From a plasmid, in sequence record NZ_CP031419.1: 64,000 nt of DNA. One strand, given 5' to 3'. The notes under the pieces are model-generated. The model saw only the letters and a list, made by a program, of their open reading frames with translations, made no database searches and was not told the DNA's origin. The position numbers and the translations under genes were made by a program. Of the stretch, positions 49,289 to 58,331 are shown piece after piece (positions within the stretch are counted from its first letter, which is position 1; each line of letters starts with the position of its first letter).

Positions 49289-49728
49289 GCACACCCCGGA
49301 ACCCGTCGAGTCGCGAAACCGCCACCACCGGAAGGGAACTCGTCAAGTACGAGCCCTACCTTGAGCTCGTCTCGCGGCTGTGGTTCGCGGCGGCCGTGAA
49401 CCCGAACCGCCTCGCCGAGAAGATCGCGAGAACGACCCGCTTGAGCCGCAGCAGCTCGGTCATTTTCGTCGACGAACCGGTGACCTGGGAGACGCTGCCG
49501 CAGCGGCTCGCCGAGCGCCGACGCGACTACGCCGGGTACTTCGCGTCCCTGCCCCCGGTGGAGGCCGCCGCCTCTCGGCGGGGCTTGCTCCAGCGGCCCA
49601 CGCCGGAGATGGAGGCTACCGTCGCGGAGGCCGCCGCGCGGGTCTTCGCGCGGAGACAACAACCCGGCCCGGCTCAAAAATCCCAGCGCGCCAACGACAC
49701 CCACGCATCCGAGGGGGAACACCGATGA
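49285..49728 (+). CDS. hypothetical protein
   Basis: 147 aa, 4-nt overlap with the upstream gene. Confidence 0.35.
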   Translation: MSTPRNPSSRETATTGRELVKYEPYLELVSRLWFAAAVNPNRLAEKIARTTRLSRSSSVIFVDEPVTWETLPQRLAERRRDYAGYFASLPPVEAAASRRGLLQRPTPEMEATVAEAAARVFARRQQPGPAQKSQRANDTHASEGEHR

Positions 49729-49976
49729 AGGATCTCACCGCGACCGACCGACGCTTGGGCGAGGCCCTGGCCCAGCGTGACGAGGCGGCCCTGTCCAAGG
49801 TGGCCGACGAATTCGCCGCCGCCGGGCTGCCCGCCATGGCGCAGCTGTTGCGCGACCGCGGGACCGCAGGCGCAGCAGGGTTGCTGTCGGGGTTGACCGG
49901 GTGGTCGGTTCCGTCGGCGCACGGAGTCCGCCATCACCGTCACGGTGACGTAACTCCCGAGGGTCGTAGGTCGTGA
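49725..49976 (+). CDS. hypothetical small protein
   Basis: Internal Met of ORF 49380..49976 (MKDLTATDRRLGEALAQRDEA...). Overlaps the upstream stop. Confidence 0.3.
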   Translation: MKDLTATDRRLGEALAQRDEAALSKVADEFAAAGLPAMAQLLRDRGTAGAAGLLSGLTGWSVPSAHGVRHHRHGDVTPEGRRS

Positions 49977-50236
49977 CGGAGTCATGGCACTGTGAAGCGT
50001 ACGGACCCGAAGGTGTCGAAGTCGGGGCCCGGTGTTTCGTCGCGGGCGAGCTGCACGAGCGGGTCTGCACCGATCCGGGCGTGTGTCACCGGACGATGGT
50101 GGCAGAACGCCAGAGGGTTTTCCGGCGGATGAACGAGTTGGCCGCCGGTGGGTCGCCGTGGGCGGCCGACTTGGCGCAGGAGTTCGCCAGCCCCGAGCGG
50201 ATTCTCGGCGGCACGGACGAAGACCCCAGTTCCTGA
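49973..50236 (+). CDS. hypothetical small protein
   Basis: 87 aa, overlapping start and stop with the previous gene. Confidence 0.3.
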   Translation: MTESWHCEAYGPEGVEVGARCFVAGELHERVCTDPGVCHRTMVAERQRVFRRMNELAAGGSPWAADLAQEFASPERILGGTDEDPSS

Positions 50237-50572
50237 TTCGGCCGTGGCCACGCGTGTGGGATGCCGCGTCTTTGGCATACTGGCTGCGGGCCGTGGCGGG
50301 CGGCCCTACGGCCTGCTGATGCAGCGGGAGACCCCGTTGAAGAAGCGTATCGCTCCACCCGCCCACTAACATTGATGCCCTGCTGACGCTGATATGGAGC
50401 TGAACTGGGCAAATGCGGTTCTGGCTCCGGATAACTGCCATTATCCGGAGTGACACCAAAAAACACTACGGTGAGATACCCCCGCGCGGAGCACCTTTAG
50501 ATACATTAGAATAAATGGGCATGGCGGGAGCGCGATACCCGCGTCCACCAGCGGCGAACGCCGCCGGAGGAG

Positions 50573-51505
50573 ATGACCCAGAGCGACGGGGGAGAGGGGA
50601 AACCGATGACCAAGGCAAACGACCCGGCGGTAGCGGCGGACGCGGAAGGCTGGCGGCTCGATCCGGTGCGCCTGGACTGGGATACGGTCCTCCTCCGCGA
50701 TCCCGCATACCGTGATCCTGCCGAACTGCTGTTCGCGGGCAAAACGATGGGGATCGGCGGAATTGCCGCTCTGGTCGGCGTACCCGTCACCGCCTTCCTG
50801 GCCCTGCTGACGGACTGGGCCTCGTGGTGGTGGTGCATTCTCGCCGCAGGCATCCTTATCGTATCCGGGCTGTCGACCGCAGCGATCGGAGCGGCCTTGG
50901 ATCAGCGGCAGATGGAGAAGGCCACGCTGACCGGGGCAAGGCTGAAGGTATTGCCGCCGGCCCTCTGCCGTCCGCTGGCCCGCGCGATTCTTGCCATCGA
51001 GGACATCAAGTCCGGCCGGGCATTTCGCGAGAAGTATCTGGGCGAGCTGGAGCTGAGCGCAACGGCCTGGCAGATGGCGCAAACAGCGCTGCGCGGAGGA
51101 GAACTGGTGGCGGCGCGGACCGAGCTGCTCGACGCCGAAGAAGGAGTCATCTCGCCCGCCGACCGTGTTGCGGCCGAAGCCGCGCAGCGGACGGTCGACG
51201 AGCTGGTCGAGGGCCTGGAGCGTGACGCCGAAGCCCTGGCCACCGCAGCGGCATCGGCCCGGACGCTGTCAACGGCGCTGGAGGACACGGAGGCGCGCGC
51301 ACTGGCGGAAACCGAGCGGGAACGAATCTCCCGCCAGCAGCTCGCGCGCCGACACCGGCTCGACGCGGCGCTCGCTGCGGTCCGCACCGCCGACGAGGCC
51401 AATTCCCCTGACACCGCAGATCTCGCGGTCGCCCGCGCCGCCGCCTACGCCGAAGTCATGCAGCTCGGTGGGACACCTACCCCCGGCCTGGTACAGCCGG
51501 ACTGA
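50573..51505 (+). CDS. membrane protein (two TM helices) with coiled-coil C-terminus
   Basis: IGGIAALVGVPVTAFLALL...WWWCILAAGILIVSGLSTAAIGA. TTTAGATACATTAG motif about 75 bp upstream. Confidence 0.4.
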   Translation: MTQSDGGEGKPMTKANDPAVAADAEGWRLDPVRLDWDTVLLRDPAYRDPAELLFAGKTMGIGGIAALVGVPVTAFLALLTDWASWWWCILAAGILIVSGLSTAAIGAALDQRQMEKATLTGARLKVLPPALCRPLARAILAIEDIKSGRAFREKYLGELELSATAWQMAQTALRGGELVAARTELLDAEEGVISPADRVAAEAAQRTVDELVEGLERDAEALATAAASARTLSTALEDTEARALAETERERISRQQLARRHRLDAALAAVRTADEANSPDTADLAVARAAAYAEVMQLGGTPTPGLVQPD

Positions 51506-51525
51506 CGCTCAGGAACCCCACCGGT

Positions 51526-51720
51526 TCAGGCCGCGGTAATCTCGAACAGGGTCAGCGCCGCGCTGTTAGCGTGTTGTTCGGCACGCTCCTTCACAGCACA
51601 GGTTGGGCCGATCCCCGCGCTCACCGAAGCCGCCGAAAGCAGCCAGCCGTGGCAGCGGCGGCAGTGCACGACGAGCCGCACCGTCGGCTGTTCCTGGTCA
51701 TCGGTCTCGGTCGCGGCCAT
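51526..51720 (-). CDS. small Cys-containing protein (zinc-finger-like)
   Basis: Start MAATETDD with a GGAGGAGAG RBS. CRRCHGW...GPTCA. Confidence 0.35.
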   Translation of the reverse strand: MAATETDDQEQPTVRLVVHCRRCHGWLLSAASVSAGIGPTCAVKERAEQHANSAALTLFEITAA

Positions 51721-51859
51721 GTTCGATCTCTCCTCCGGCCGGGTGGGTCTCTCCCAGGGTGACACAAGTGACCGACAACTCCGGCACGGTAGGGACGGCA
51801 AGGTTTTGGGTCGTTCCGTCCCGCAGAGCATGGGGCAGCCGGGCCCGACTTAAGGGAGG

Positions 51860-52456
51860 TCAGACCGGCAGGGGGTCGATGCGGTCGGCGGCGTAGTGGT
51901 AGAGCCGCCAGACCGATTTCGAGAGCAGCTCCCGGTCGGCGCAGCACACGGTCGCCAGGGCCGGACGGCCGTCCTTGGTGGTGGGGTAGCGGCCCTGGTC
52001 GCCGTTGCGGTCGTGGCGTTCGAGGTCGCGGACGAAGGCAACGATGTCGCGCTCGGTCTCCCCAGTGCCGAGCAGCGGATCACCGGCCGCGGCGAGGGCG
52101 TCGAGGAATGCGGTGAGAACGTGGCTCGACCTCAGCGCGGGGATGCCGGAGTAGGCCGGATACAGCGCCTTGAGCGACAACTCGGCGAGCTGACGCGACA
52201 GGAAGAACGCCGGCTGCGCGGCCCCGGCGTCGATGGCGGCTTGGGCGGCCGAGGCGAATTCGAACAGCGTCGTCGAGGGCGCGTTGATCGGATGCTCGCG
52301 GGACATGCAGAGCACGTCGTCTCGGCTGTCGTGGTCGACCGTGGGGTCGCCGAACGGACTGATGTAGGCCACGGACGGGAATTCTGCTCCCCGATCCGGG
52401 GCGGGGGAAGCGGTTTTCGCGGCCCGTGCTGAGGCGGTCCGCGCCGTCTCCGGCAC
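51860..52456 (-). CDS. hypothetical protein
   Basis: 198 aa ORF. Confidence 0.35.
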   Translation of the reverse strand: MPETARTASARAAKTASPAPDRGAEFPSVAYISPFGDPTVDHDSRDDVLCMSREHPINAPSTTLFEFASAAQAAIDAGAAQPAFFLSRQLAELSLKALYPAYSGIPALRSSHVLTAFLDALAAAGDPLLGTGETERDIVAFVRDLERHDRNGDQGRYPTTKDGRPALATVCCADRELLSKSVWRLYHYAADRIDPLPV

Positions 52457-52469
52457 GCGGCCGTGCTTG

Positions 52470-52784
52470 TCAGAGATCGAACCGGACGGCGAGCACCATC
52501 TTGATGAAGTCGAGCATCTCGGTAGTCACCGTCCCGTCGTAGGTTCCGGCCTCGAGTACCGCTCGCACGCAGGGAATGAACCGGTGTACGGCGAGCACGC
52601 GGCCCTCGTCCCAGCCCACCGAGAAGATTCGCAGGTCTTGCGGCATCTCCCGGGCGTCGACGACCGGCACCGCCAGCGCCACATCACGATGGCGCAGCAA
52701 CGCCTGGCCGTCGACGATCACCACGGTCAGATAGCCGTCACCGGCGGCGATGGTGTAGATGTCGCCCTGGTGCAGTTCCCTCAC
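52470..52784 (-). CDS. MazF/PemK-like toxin candidate
   Basis: 104 aa with an N-terminal GDIY... beta-strand pattern and AVPVV segment consistent with the MazF/PemK fold. 4-nt overlap with the upstream RHH gene. Confidence 0.5.
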   Translation of the reverse strand: MRELHQGDIYTIAAGDGYLTVVIVDGQALLRHRDVALAVPVVDAREMPQDLRIFSVGWDEGRVLAVHRFIPCVRAVLEAGTYDGTVTTEMLDFIKMVLAVRFDL

Positions 52785-52990
52785 AGGGACATGCCCATGC
52801 CGATGCGCAGCAAGTCGGCATCGCTGTACTTCGGCGGGTTCTGTTGCTCGTGCGCGGCGATGCGCCGCAACTCCTTGTCCGCGAGCCGCTGGAGCACGGC
52901 CCGGTTGATCTCGGCACTGACGTTGCCCTCCGCGCTCTCGCGCAGAGCCTGGGCCGTCGCGTCCGGGAGGCTGATGTTCAGTTTCGCCAT
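52781..52990 (-). CDS. RHH-family antitoxin candidate
   Basis: 69 aa, LNISLPDATAQALRESAEGNVSAEINRAVL (ribbon-helix-helix). Overlaps the toxin gene start. Confidence 0.5.
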   Translation of the reverse strand: MAKLNISLPDATAQALRESAEGNVSAEINRAVLQRLADKELRRIAAHEQQNPPKYSDADLLRIGMGMSL

Positions 52991-53042
52991 GCCACCACGG
53001 TAAAGCGTGTCGCTTTACCGTGGCAAGCGGGCGGGCCGTCGA

Positions 53043-53747
53043 TCAGAGCGGGAACAGCGACGGTTGGGCGTTGGCATTGCCAGTCCAGGACAAAACGTTG
53101 GGGAGGTTCGCGTCCGGGGCGAAGGTGAGGTAGGTCCCATCGACACTGTCGCAGCCGATCGCAGTCGCGTAGTCATAGCGGCGGCGCGAGTTCACCCGGC
53201 CCATATGGACCCACTTGCCGAGGCTCGAGGCGACCGCGGCGAGGTTCGCCGCCGCCGGGCCGAGCTTCCAGGCGGTGTCCCCGGCGAGGAACAGACAGTC
53301 AATCTCGTCCCACGGGTCCCAGGTGTCGAACTCCATGAAATTCTGGGCCGCGAAGGCGACGGGAAACCCGAGATCGCGGATGCGCCGCAGCATCGGCAGA
53401 GAGCGGGCGAGCGTGGCGAAGTGGTCGCCGACAACGTCGGGCGCCACCACGAACAGACAGCGGTCGGCGTGCGGGCGCAGCCGGCCGAGCCAGTTCAGGT
53501 AGGCGTCGTCACCGGGATAGGCCCCGCCGAACACCCCGTTGTCGGCACACCACAGCGGGTAGTCAGCGCTCAGGCGGTTGCCTTGAGCGGGAGTCATGAT
53601 CGCGCCCAGTTCCTCGGCGCGGATTCGGTCGCGGATCGCGGGTGTGCTGGGTGGGGTGAGGTAGAGCGGAGCGCCAGGAGTGCAGTCGTGCCAGCGCTCG
53701 GCCGCCCAGCTCTCATTAAAACGTTCGTTTTGGTTATCGGCAGGCAT
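53043..53747 (-). CDS. hypothetical protein, possible TGT-fold (DpdA-like?) enzyme
   Basis: 234 aa. Segment WVHMGRVNSRRRYDYATAIGCDSVDGT loosely resembles the HxxG...G.D.FDs segment of tRNA-guanine transglycosylase-like proteins. Speculative. Confidence 0.3.
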   Translation of the reverse strand: MPADNQNERFNESWAAERWHDCTPGAPLYLTPPSTPAIRDRIRAEELGAIMTPAQGNRLSADYPLWCADNGVFGGAYPGDDAYLNWLGRLRPHADRCLFVVAPDVVGDHFATLARSLPMLRRIRDLGFPVAFAAQNFMEFDTWDPWDEIDCLFLAGDTAWKLGPAAANLAAVASSLGKWVHMGRVNSRRRYDYATAIGCDSVDGTYLTFAPDANLPNVLSWTGNANAQPSLFPL

Positions 53748-53846
53748 GGATGCTTCCCTCCCACTGTGGCGGGGTGCGGTCGGAGACGGGAGAAGAAGGG
53801 CGGCGGACGAAGACCCCGGACCGCCGCCCCGCTCCCGATGGGAGGA

Positions 53847-54512
53847 CTAGAAGGTGAGTGTGAACCGCAGCGCGGCGCGGTACTCCTCGAACTCGACATC
53901 GAGGATCTTGCCGGTGAACTTCTCCCAGTTGCCCACAACGACGAAGTGCCGTTCGGCCAGCTGGCGCGTGGCTTCCTCGGTCGTGTCGACTGGAGTGGCT
54001 GGCGGGTCGAGCGGGACAAAGGTGCCCATCGGGTGGTCCTCGTAGTCGAAGACCTCGACCGTGCCGCCCGGGGACCAGGTCGCGCGCACCGTGATCACGC
54101 CCCGGAACTCGGCCTCCATGGCCCTGACGATTTCGGTCAGCTGATCGGCTGCGGTGAACAGCGCGGTCGCGCGCTCGTGCAGATCCGGGCGGTTACCAGC
54201 GAACAAGCGATCCATGTACGCGCGGGCGGTATCGGTGTAGGTGTTGACGGTGTCGCCCAGGACAGCGAGCACGCCGTCGCCCTCGGCGCCTCCGTGGAAG
54301 TGGCCGACGGCGGCCGCCGCCGCGAGCGCGCGAACGGTCAGGTCGGCGGCGCAATCGACGAACCCGTCGGCGTCCTGGACCGCCAACTCCTGCGCGACCT
54401 CGGTCAGGAACCGCACGACCTTGCTGGTCTCGGTCGCGGGCCGGGTGTCCTCGGTGGCGGGGCGCAGCGGGAACGGGTTGCTGATGATCTCCATGATCGG
54501 GAGTCCCTTCAA
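53847..54512 (-). CDS. hypothetical protein
   Basis: 221 aa, preceded by conserved leader copy 2. Confidence 0.4.
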   Translation of the reverse strand: MKGLPIMEIISNPFPLRPATEDTRPATETSKVVRFLTEVAQELAVQDADGFVDCAADLTVRALAAAAAVGHFHGGAEGDGVLAVLGDTVNTYTDTARAYMDRLFAGNRPDLHERATALFTAADQLTEIVRAMEAEFRGVITVRATWSPGGTVEVFDYEDHPMGTFVPLDPPATPVDTTEEATRQLAERHFVVVGNWEKFTGKILDVEFEEYRAALRFTLTF

Positions 54513-54516
54513 GGTG

Positions 54517-54582
54517 TGCGAGTGGGGGATGAAGGGGCGGGGTGTCCGGTCCCGCCGCCTTCTGTGTCATATATTACCCGTT
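54517..54582 (-). promoter_or_regulatory. conserved hairpin leader/promoter element, copy 2
   Basis: TGCGAGTGGGGGATGAAGGGGCGGGGTGTCCGGTCCCGCCGCCTTCTGTGTCATATATTACCCGTTA. Confidence 0.6.
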
Positions 54583-54631
54583 ATCTGGAATGAGTCAAGT
54601 CTTCCCGCGTATGTGTGGTGTGTGTCGCCGG

Positions 54632-55903
54632 TCAGGCCGATATTGGGAACAGCGCCAGGTCGGTGCCGGTGGCCTGCGCCCACCAGTCGGCGAATCCTGG
54701 CCGTTCCTTGTCGGCGACGACGGCGGGGGCGACGACGAAGAAGTGCTCCAGCTCGTGCGGGCTCGTGCCGTCCCGGCCGGGGACGACCGCGCGGGCGATG
54801 CCGTCGTCCCCGAGCTCGCGGCGGGTGTCGACGAGCGCCGGGGAGCCGTCGGGCCCGCCGATATCGACCCGCAGCGGAGCGCCGTCGAGCCAGGCGGCCA
54901 TCTCTTCGCGAGAACCGACGTCGACCGACCGCACCGATCGCGCGACCATCTTGGCCCCGCCGGTTTGGGTGCGCCGGGCGAGGCGGCGGACCTCGTAGAG
55001 GGCGTGAGGTTGTTCGGCGAGCGCACTCTCGAAGGCGGCCAGGACGCCGGTGAGTCCGGCCGCGCGCACGTAGTCGATGGCGCGCTTGCCGCCGACGAGG
55101 CCCTGTTTGGCGTTGAGCGCGAGTGCGGTGTGCTCCATCAGCAGCATCCGCGCCCCGGCGTCTGGGAACGCCGCGTAGCGCGCCAGGGTGGCGACTCGAT
55201 TGGCAGCGGTGACCAGCGCGAAGGGACAGAACACGCACGCCGACTTCTGCCATGCTCGGCCGGTCTTCTCCCGGATGTAGGCCAGCACCTGTTCCCGGTC
55301 CCAGCCCCAGGAGATCAGTGGGTACTCACCACGCCGCAGCGCGGTGTCGTATCCGGCGTCGCGGCGGGCCCGCGTCAGCTCGCCTGCCTCGAATCCGACG
55401 ACGTGCCGGTACGGCCGTCCGTGTGTAATCGCGGCGATCACCGGGTCGAGCACTTCGCCCTTGGCCGACATGCTGCACCGACGACTGCCACCGACCTGCG
55501 GCTGAGTGCCGGCCGTGAGCATCTCGGTGCCGAGGGTGTAGGCGCCCTCGATATAGAGGCGGTGCGGCGATCGGGAGTCGTCGAAGACGATGACGCCGGT
55601 GCCATCAGCGCGCACCCGGCGGTCGGCCCGCCCGACCTGGATGAACCGAATCCGGTGCTGGGCCAGTAGCGGGAGCACGACCTCGGCCACGTCCCGTGCG
55701 GTGTCTTCCCATTCGTCGCCCACCATGGCGGTGACGACGGCCAGCTCCGCCAGGTCGAAGTCGCGGCTGTCGGGGTCGAAGATCCAGCGCAGCAGCAGGG
55801 CGGTGCTGTCGGCCCCAAGTCCATAGGACAGCACGACTCGGGGCGCGGGTTCGTGCGCGGCGAGCTGCTCCCGCAGTGCCGCGGGCACAGCGGGCCCGGT
55901 CAC
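54632..55903 (-). CDS. PP-loop (PAPS-reductase/DndC/QueC-like) superfamily protein candidate
   Basis: Probable GTG start (VTGPAVP...). SYGLGADST resembles the SGGxDS PP-loop. A Cys cluster KSACVFCPF follows. The N-terminal 86 codons of the track ORF are Arg-rich noise overlapping a small gene. Confidence 0.4.
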   Translation of the reverse strand: MTGPAVPAALREQLAAHEPAPRVVLSYGLGADSTALLLRWIFDPDSRDFDLAELAVVTAMVGDEWEDTARDVAEVVLPLLAQHRIRFIQVGRADRRVRADGTGVIVFDDSRSPHRLYIEGAYTLGTEMLTAGTQPQVGGSRRCSMSAKGEVLDPVIAAITHGRPYRHVVGFEAGELTRARRDAGYDTALRRGEYPLISWGWDREQVLAYIREKTGRAWQKSACVFCPFALVTAANRVATLARYAAFPDAGARMLLMEHTALALNAKQGLVGGKRAIDYVRAAGLTGVLAAFESALAEQPHALYEVRRLARRTQTGGAKMVARSVRSVDVGSREEMAAWLDGAPLRVDIGGPDGSPALVDTRRELGDDGIARAVVPGRDGTSPHELEHFFVVAPAVVADKERPGFADWWAQATGTDLALFPISA

Positions 55904-56211
55904 CGGTTCGCCCGATCGCGGACGCGCAGGGCCACCCCGCCCGAGCCCGGCGGGCAGGTGCAGCCCGCCGCGTGCAGCTCGTCGGTGATGCGCCGCCAGG
56001 CGCGGTAGTGCCGTAGTCCGCCCTCGACGGCCACCGCACCGGCGAGGAACATCAGGCTGGAGATGATCGCGGGGAACTCCGACGACACTGCGCCGAGGGC
56101 GTACATCGAGCCCCCGGTCAGCCAGCCGGTGGCCACAACGGCGTGTGCCTGGGCGAGCCAACTCTGGTCGTGCTGTTCGTCATGACGTCGGTCGTGCTGG
56201 AAGTTGTTCAC
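55900..56211 (-). CDS. small membrane protein (hidden inside a longer spurious ORF)
   Basis: GTG start 7 nt after GGAGGAG. Two TM helices (SMYALGAVSSEFPAIISSLMFLAGAVAV). Partial conserved leader (GCGCGAGTGGGGATGGGCGG) upstream. GTGA overlap with the next gene. Confidence 0.35.
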   Translation of the reverse strand: MNNFQHDRRHDEQHDQSWLAQAHAVVATGWLTGGSMYALGAVSSEFPAIISSLMFLAGAVAVEGGLRHYRAWRRITDELHAAGCTCPPGSGGVALRVRDRANR

Positions 56212-56258
56212 GGGAAAACTCCTCCGGGAATGCGCGAGTGGGGATGGGCGGATGGCGG

Positions 56259-56876
56259 TCAGCGCGCCGTGTCCGGTTCGGCGTCGGTGCCGCCCGCGAC
56301 GAGAGAGCGCGGGCGAAAGTCGCGCGCGAACCGGTCGGTGAGCTGCGCCAGCAGCGCGAGCAATTGGTCGCGGGGAACGTCGACCGACTGGAAGGACCCG
56401 CCGAAGCGCACCGCGTCGGCGTCCGGGGCGATGGTGAGCCGTTCCCGGCCGTCGCCGAGGTCGGTGACCTCGAGCCGGTCGCCGTCGGCGTCTTCGAAGA
56501 CGGTGTGCGGCATGACGCGGATGCTGTCGGGCAGGCCCGCCGGGCGGACGCCGTGGCGCAGCAGGGCGACGGTCTCGGGCGTCAGCGCGCTCGCGGTGCG
56601 CAGCCGGAGTTCGAGTTCGCCGTCGTCGCTGTAGGCGATCAGCCGCCCGTCGAGGTCGTAGAAGTCGAGCCAGAGCCCGAACTCGTCGGCGCGGTCGGTG
56701 GCCGCGCCGACGGCCAGCCCGTTGGCCAGCAGCCCGCGAATGATCCAGCCGGTCGGCCCGAGCGGGGTCACCTGGGCGGAGTCGACGCTGTAGCGGTCGA
56801 TGAGGTCGAGCTCGTCGCGGAACGGGGTGTCCAGCACCGAGGACCACGCCCGCGCGTCCTGGTCTTTGCGCGACAT
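56259..56876 (-). CDS. hypothetical protein
   Basis: Start MSRKDQDARAW. ATGA overlap with the upstream gene's stop. Confidence 0.4.
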   Translation of the reverse strand: MSRKDQDARAWSSVLDTPFRDELDLIDRYSVDSAQVTPLGPTGWIIRGLLANGLAVGAATDRADEFGLWLDFYDLDGRLIAYSDDGELELRLRTASALTPETVALLRHGVRPAGLPDSIRVMPHTVFEDADGDRLEVTDLGDGRERLTIAPDADAVRFGGSFQSVDVPRDQLLALLAQLTDRFARDFRPRSLVAGGTDAEPDTAR

Positions 56877-57535
56877 CACGCCCGCCCCTCGTCGGTCAGC
56901 GAGGCCCACCAGCCGTCGACGAGGCCGTGCGCTGTCCAGTCCGCGAGCTGGGCGTGCGCGCAATCGCGGTGTGCGACCACCGCCGCGGCGCGCTCGATCG
57001 GGTAGCAGTGCGAATGCGTCGAGCAGCCCTGAGTCCAACCGGGTACGTCCTCGTCGAGCACGATGACGTTCGTAGGGACCAAGCCGTCGGAGGTGAGCGG
57101 GCCGAGCAGAGTGGCTTCCCGGTCCGGGTCGCCGAGCGCGGCGGCGGGCAGCATCGCGAAATCCCAGCGCCGGGAAGAGGACAGGACTGCGACGCGGACC
57201 GGATCGTGCAGCAGCGCGGCGGCGGCCTGCACGGCGGCCACGGCGGTGTAGCCGTAGCAGAAGATCTCGAGCGGGGTGCCGTCGAGACGGGAGTAGACCG
57301 AGGCGCACCACTCGGTGCTAGCGGCGATTTCGTCCGCGCCGAGCGCCAGGCCGTCGCCGTTGCACACGAGCATCTCCAGCGGGATGCCCCGGACTTCGCC
57401 GACGGGAATGTAGATGTTCACGTGGCCGACGACGCGGACCTGCGCGTCGTAACCGAGTTCGGTCAGCGCGGTCAACTCAGGTGCGTAGCGCACCTGTGCC
57501 TCGGCGACGAGAGCGTCGAATTTGGTGGAGGGCAT
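56876..57535 (-). CDS. hypothetical protein
   Basis: 219 aa, preceded by conserved leader copy 3. Confidence 0.4.
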   Translation of the reverse strand: MPSTKFDALVAEAQVRYAPELTALTELGYDAQVRVVGHVNIYIPVGEVRGIPLEMLVCNGDGLALGADEIAASTEWCASVYSRLDGTPLEIFCYGYTAVAAVQAAAALLHDPVRVAVLSSSRRWDFAMLPAAALGDPDREATLLGPLTSDGLVPTNVIVLDEDVPGWTQGCSTHSHCYPIERAAAVVAHRDCAHAQLADWTAHGLVDGWWASLTDEGRA

Positions 57536-57558
57536 TGCCCTGCTCCCTTCGGGGGATT

Positions 57559-57618
57559 TGCGAGTGGGGATCGAAGGGGGCGGGGTGTCCGGTCCCGCCC
57601 GGCTTCGGTGTTGCTCAG
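57559..57618 (-). promoter_or_regulatory. conserved hairpin leader element, copy 3 (lacks the TGTCATATATTACCCG module)
   Basis: TGCGAGTGGGGATCGAAGGGGGCGGGGTGTCCGGTCCCGCC. Confidence 0.5.
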
Positions 57619-57624
57619 GTGGTG

Positions 57625-58284
57625 TCAGTGGCGCTCGCGCGGTTCTGCGGTGGCGAGCAGTTCGAGCAGGGCTTCGATGTCGCTAGAGCCCGCGAGGCGG
57701 GCGGCGAGGGGTGTCCGCATGCGGGTGATTACGGCGTGCAGCGTGCCGCGCGGACCATCGGACACTGGATGCCGGTCGCCGGTGCGCGGGTCCACGAGCT
57801 CGCCGGTGACCTGGATGTCGATCAACGGGTTCCGGCGGAACACCAGGAAGCAGCGCGTGGTGACGTAGTCGAATTCGATGTCGGCTCCGAACGCAAGGGC
57901 CGGTTCGGGGGCGTCGCGGACGATGACCTCGAAGTAGCGGTAGCCAGAGAAGATCGCGGTGAACGGTGCGGTGCACACGGTGACGCTGAGCCATTGCCGG
58001 GTGCCCGCGTGCCAGGCGGTGTAGGGGCCGGTGCGGGTGAGATCGGTCAGGGTCTCCACGAACGCCGCGTGACGCGCCTCGTAGTCCGGCGTCCGCCACC
58101 ATGCGCGGCTGTCGCCCCGATGGAACCGGGCGATACAGAACAACACGGTCCCGCTGACGAGCAAGCCCGCGACGTCGAGCCAAGCGCGCCGTTGCACCGC
58201 CGTGTACAGGCTGGAGCCGATCGCGGCGGCCGCCACGAACATGGTCAGGGGGAACAGCTTGTTGAGAATCTTGCGGATCACGAT
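57625..58284 (-). CDS. membrane protein
   Basis: Probable GTG start after GAAAGG. N-terminal TM helix (MFVAAAAIGSSLYTAV). Confidence 0.4.
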   Translation of the reverse strand: MVIRKILNKLFPLTMFVAAAAIGSSLYTAVQRRAWLDVAGLLVSGTVLFCIARFHRGDSRAWWRTPDYEARHAAFVETLTDLTRTGPYTAWHAGTRQWLSVTVCTAPFTAIFSGYRYFEVIVRDAPEPALAFGADIEFDYVTTRCFLVFRRNPLIDIQVTGELVDPRTGDRHPVSDGPRGTLHAVITRMRTPLAARLAGSSDIEALLELLATAEPRERH

Positions 58285-58331
58285 CGAAACCTTTCGTCGA
58301 TAGGAAAAGGAGGGAGGGAGCCGGGCGCGGC

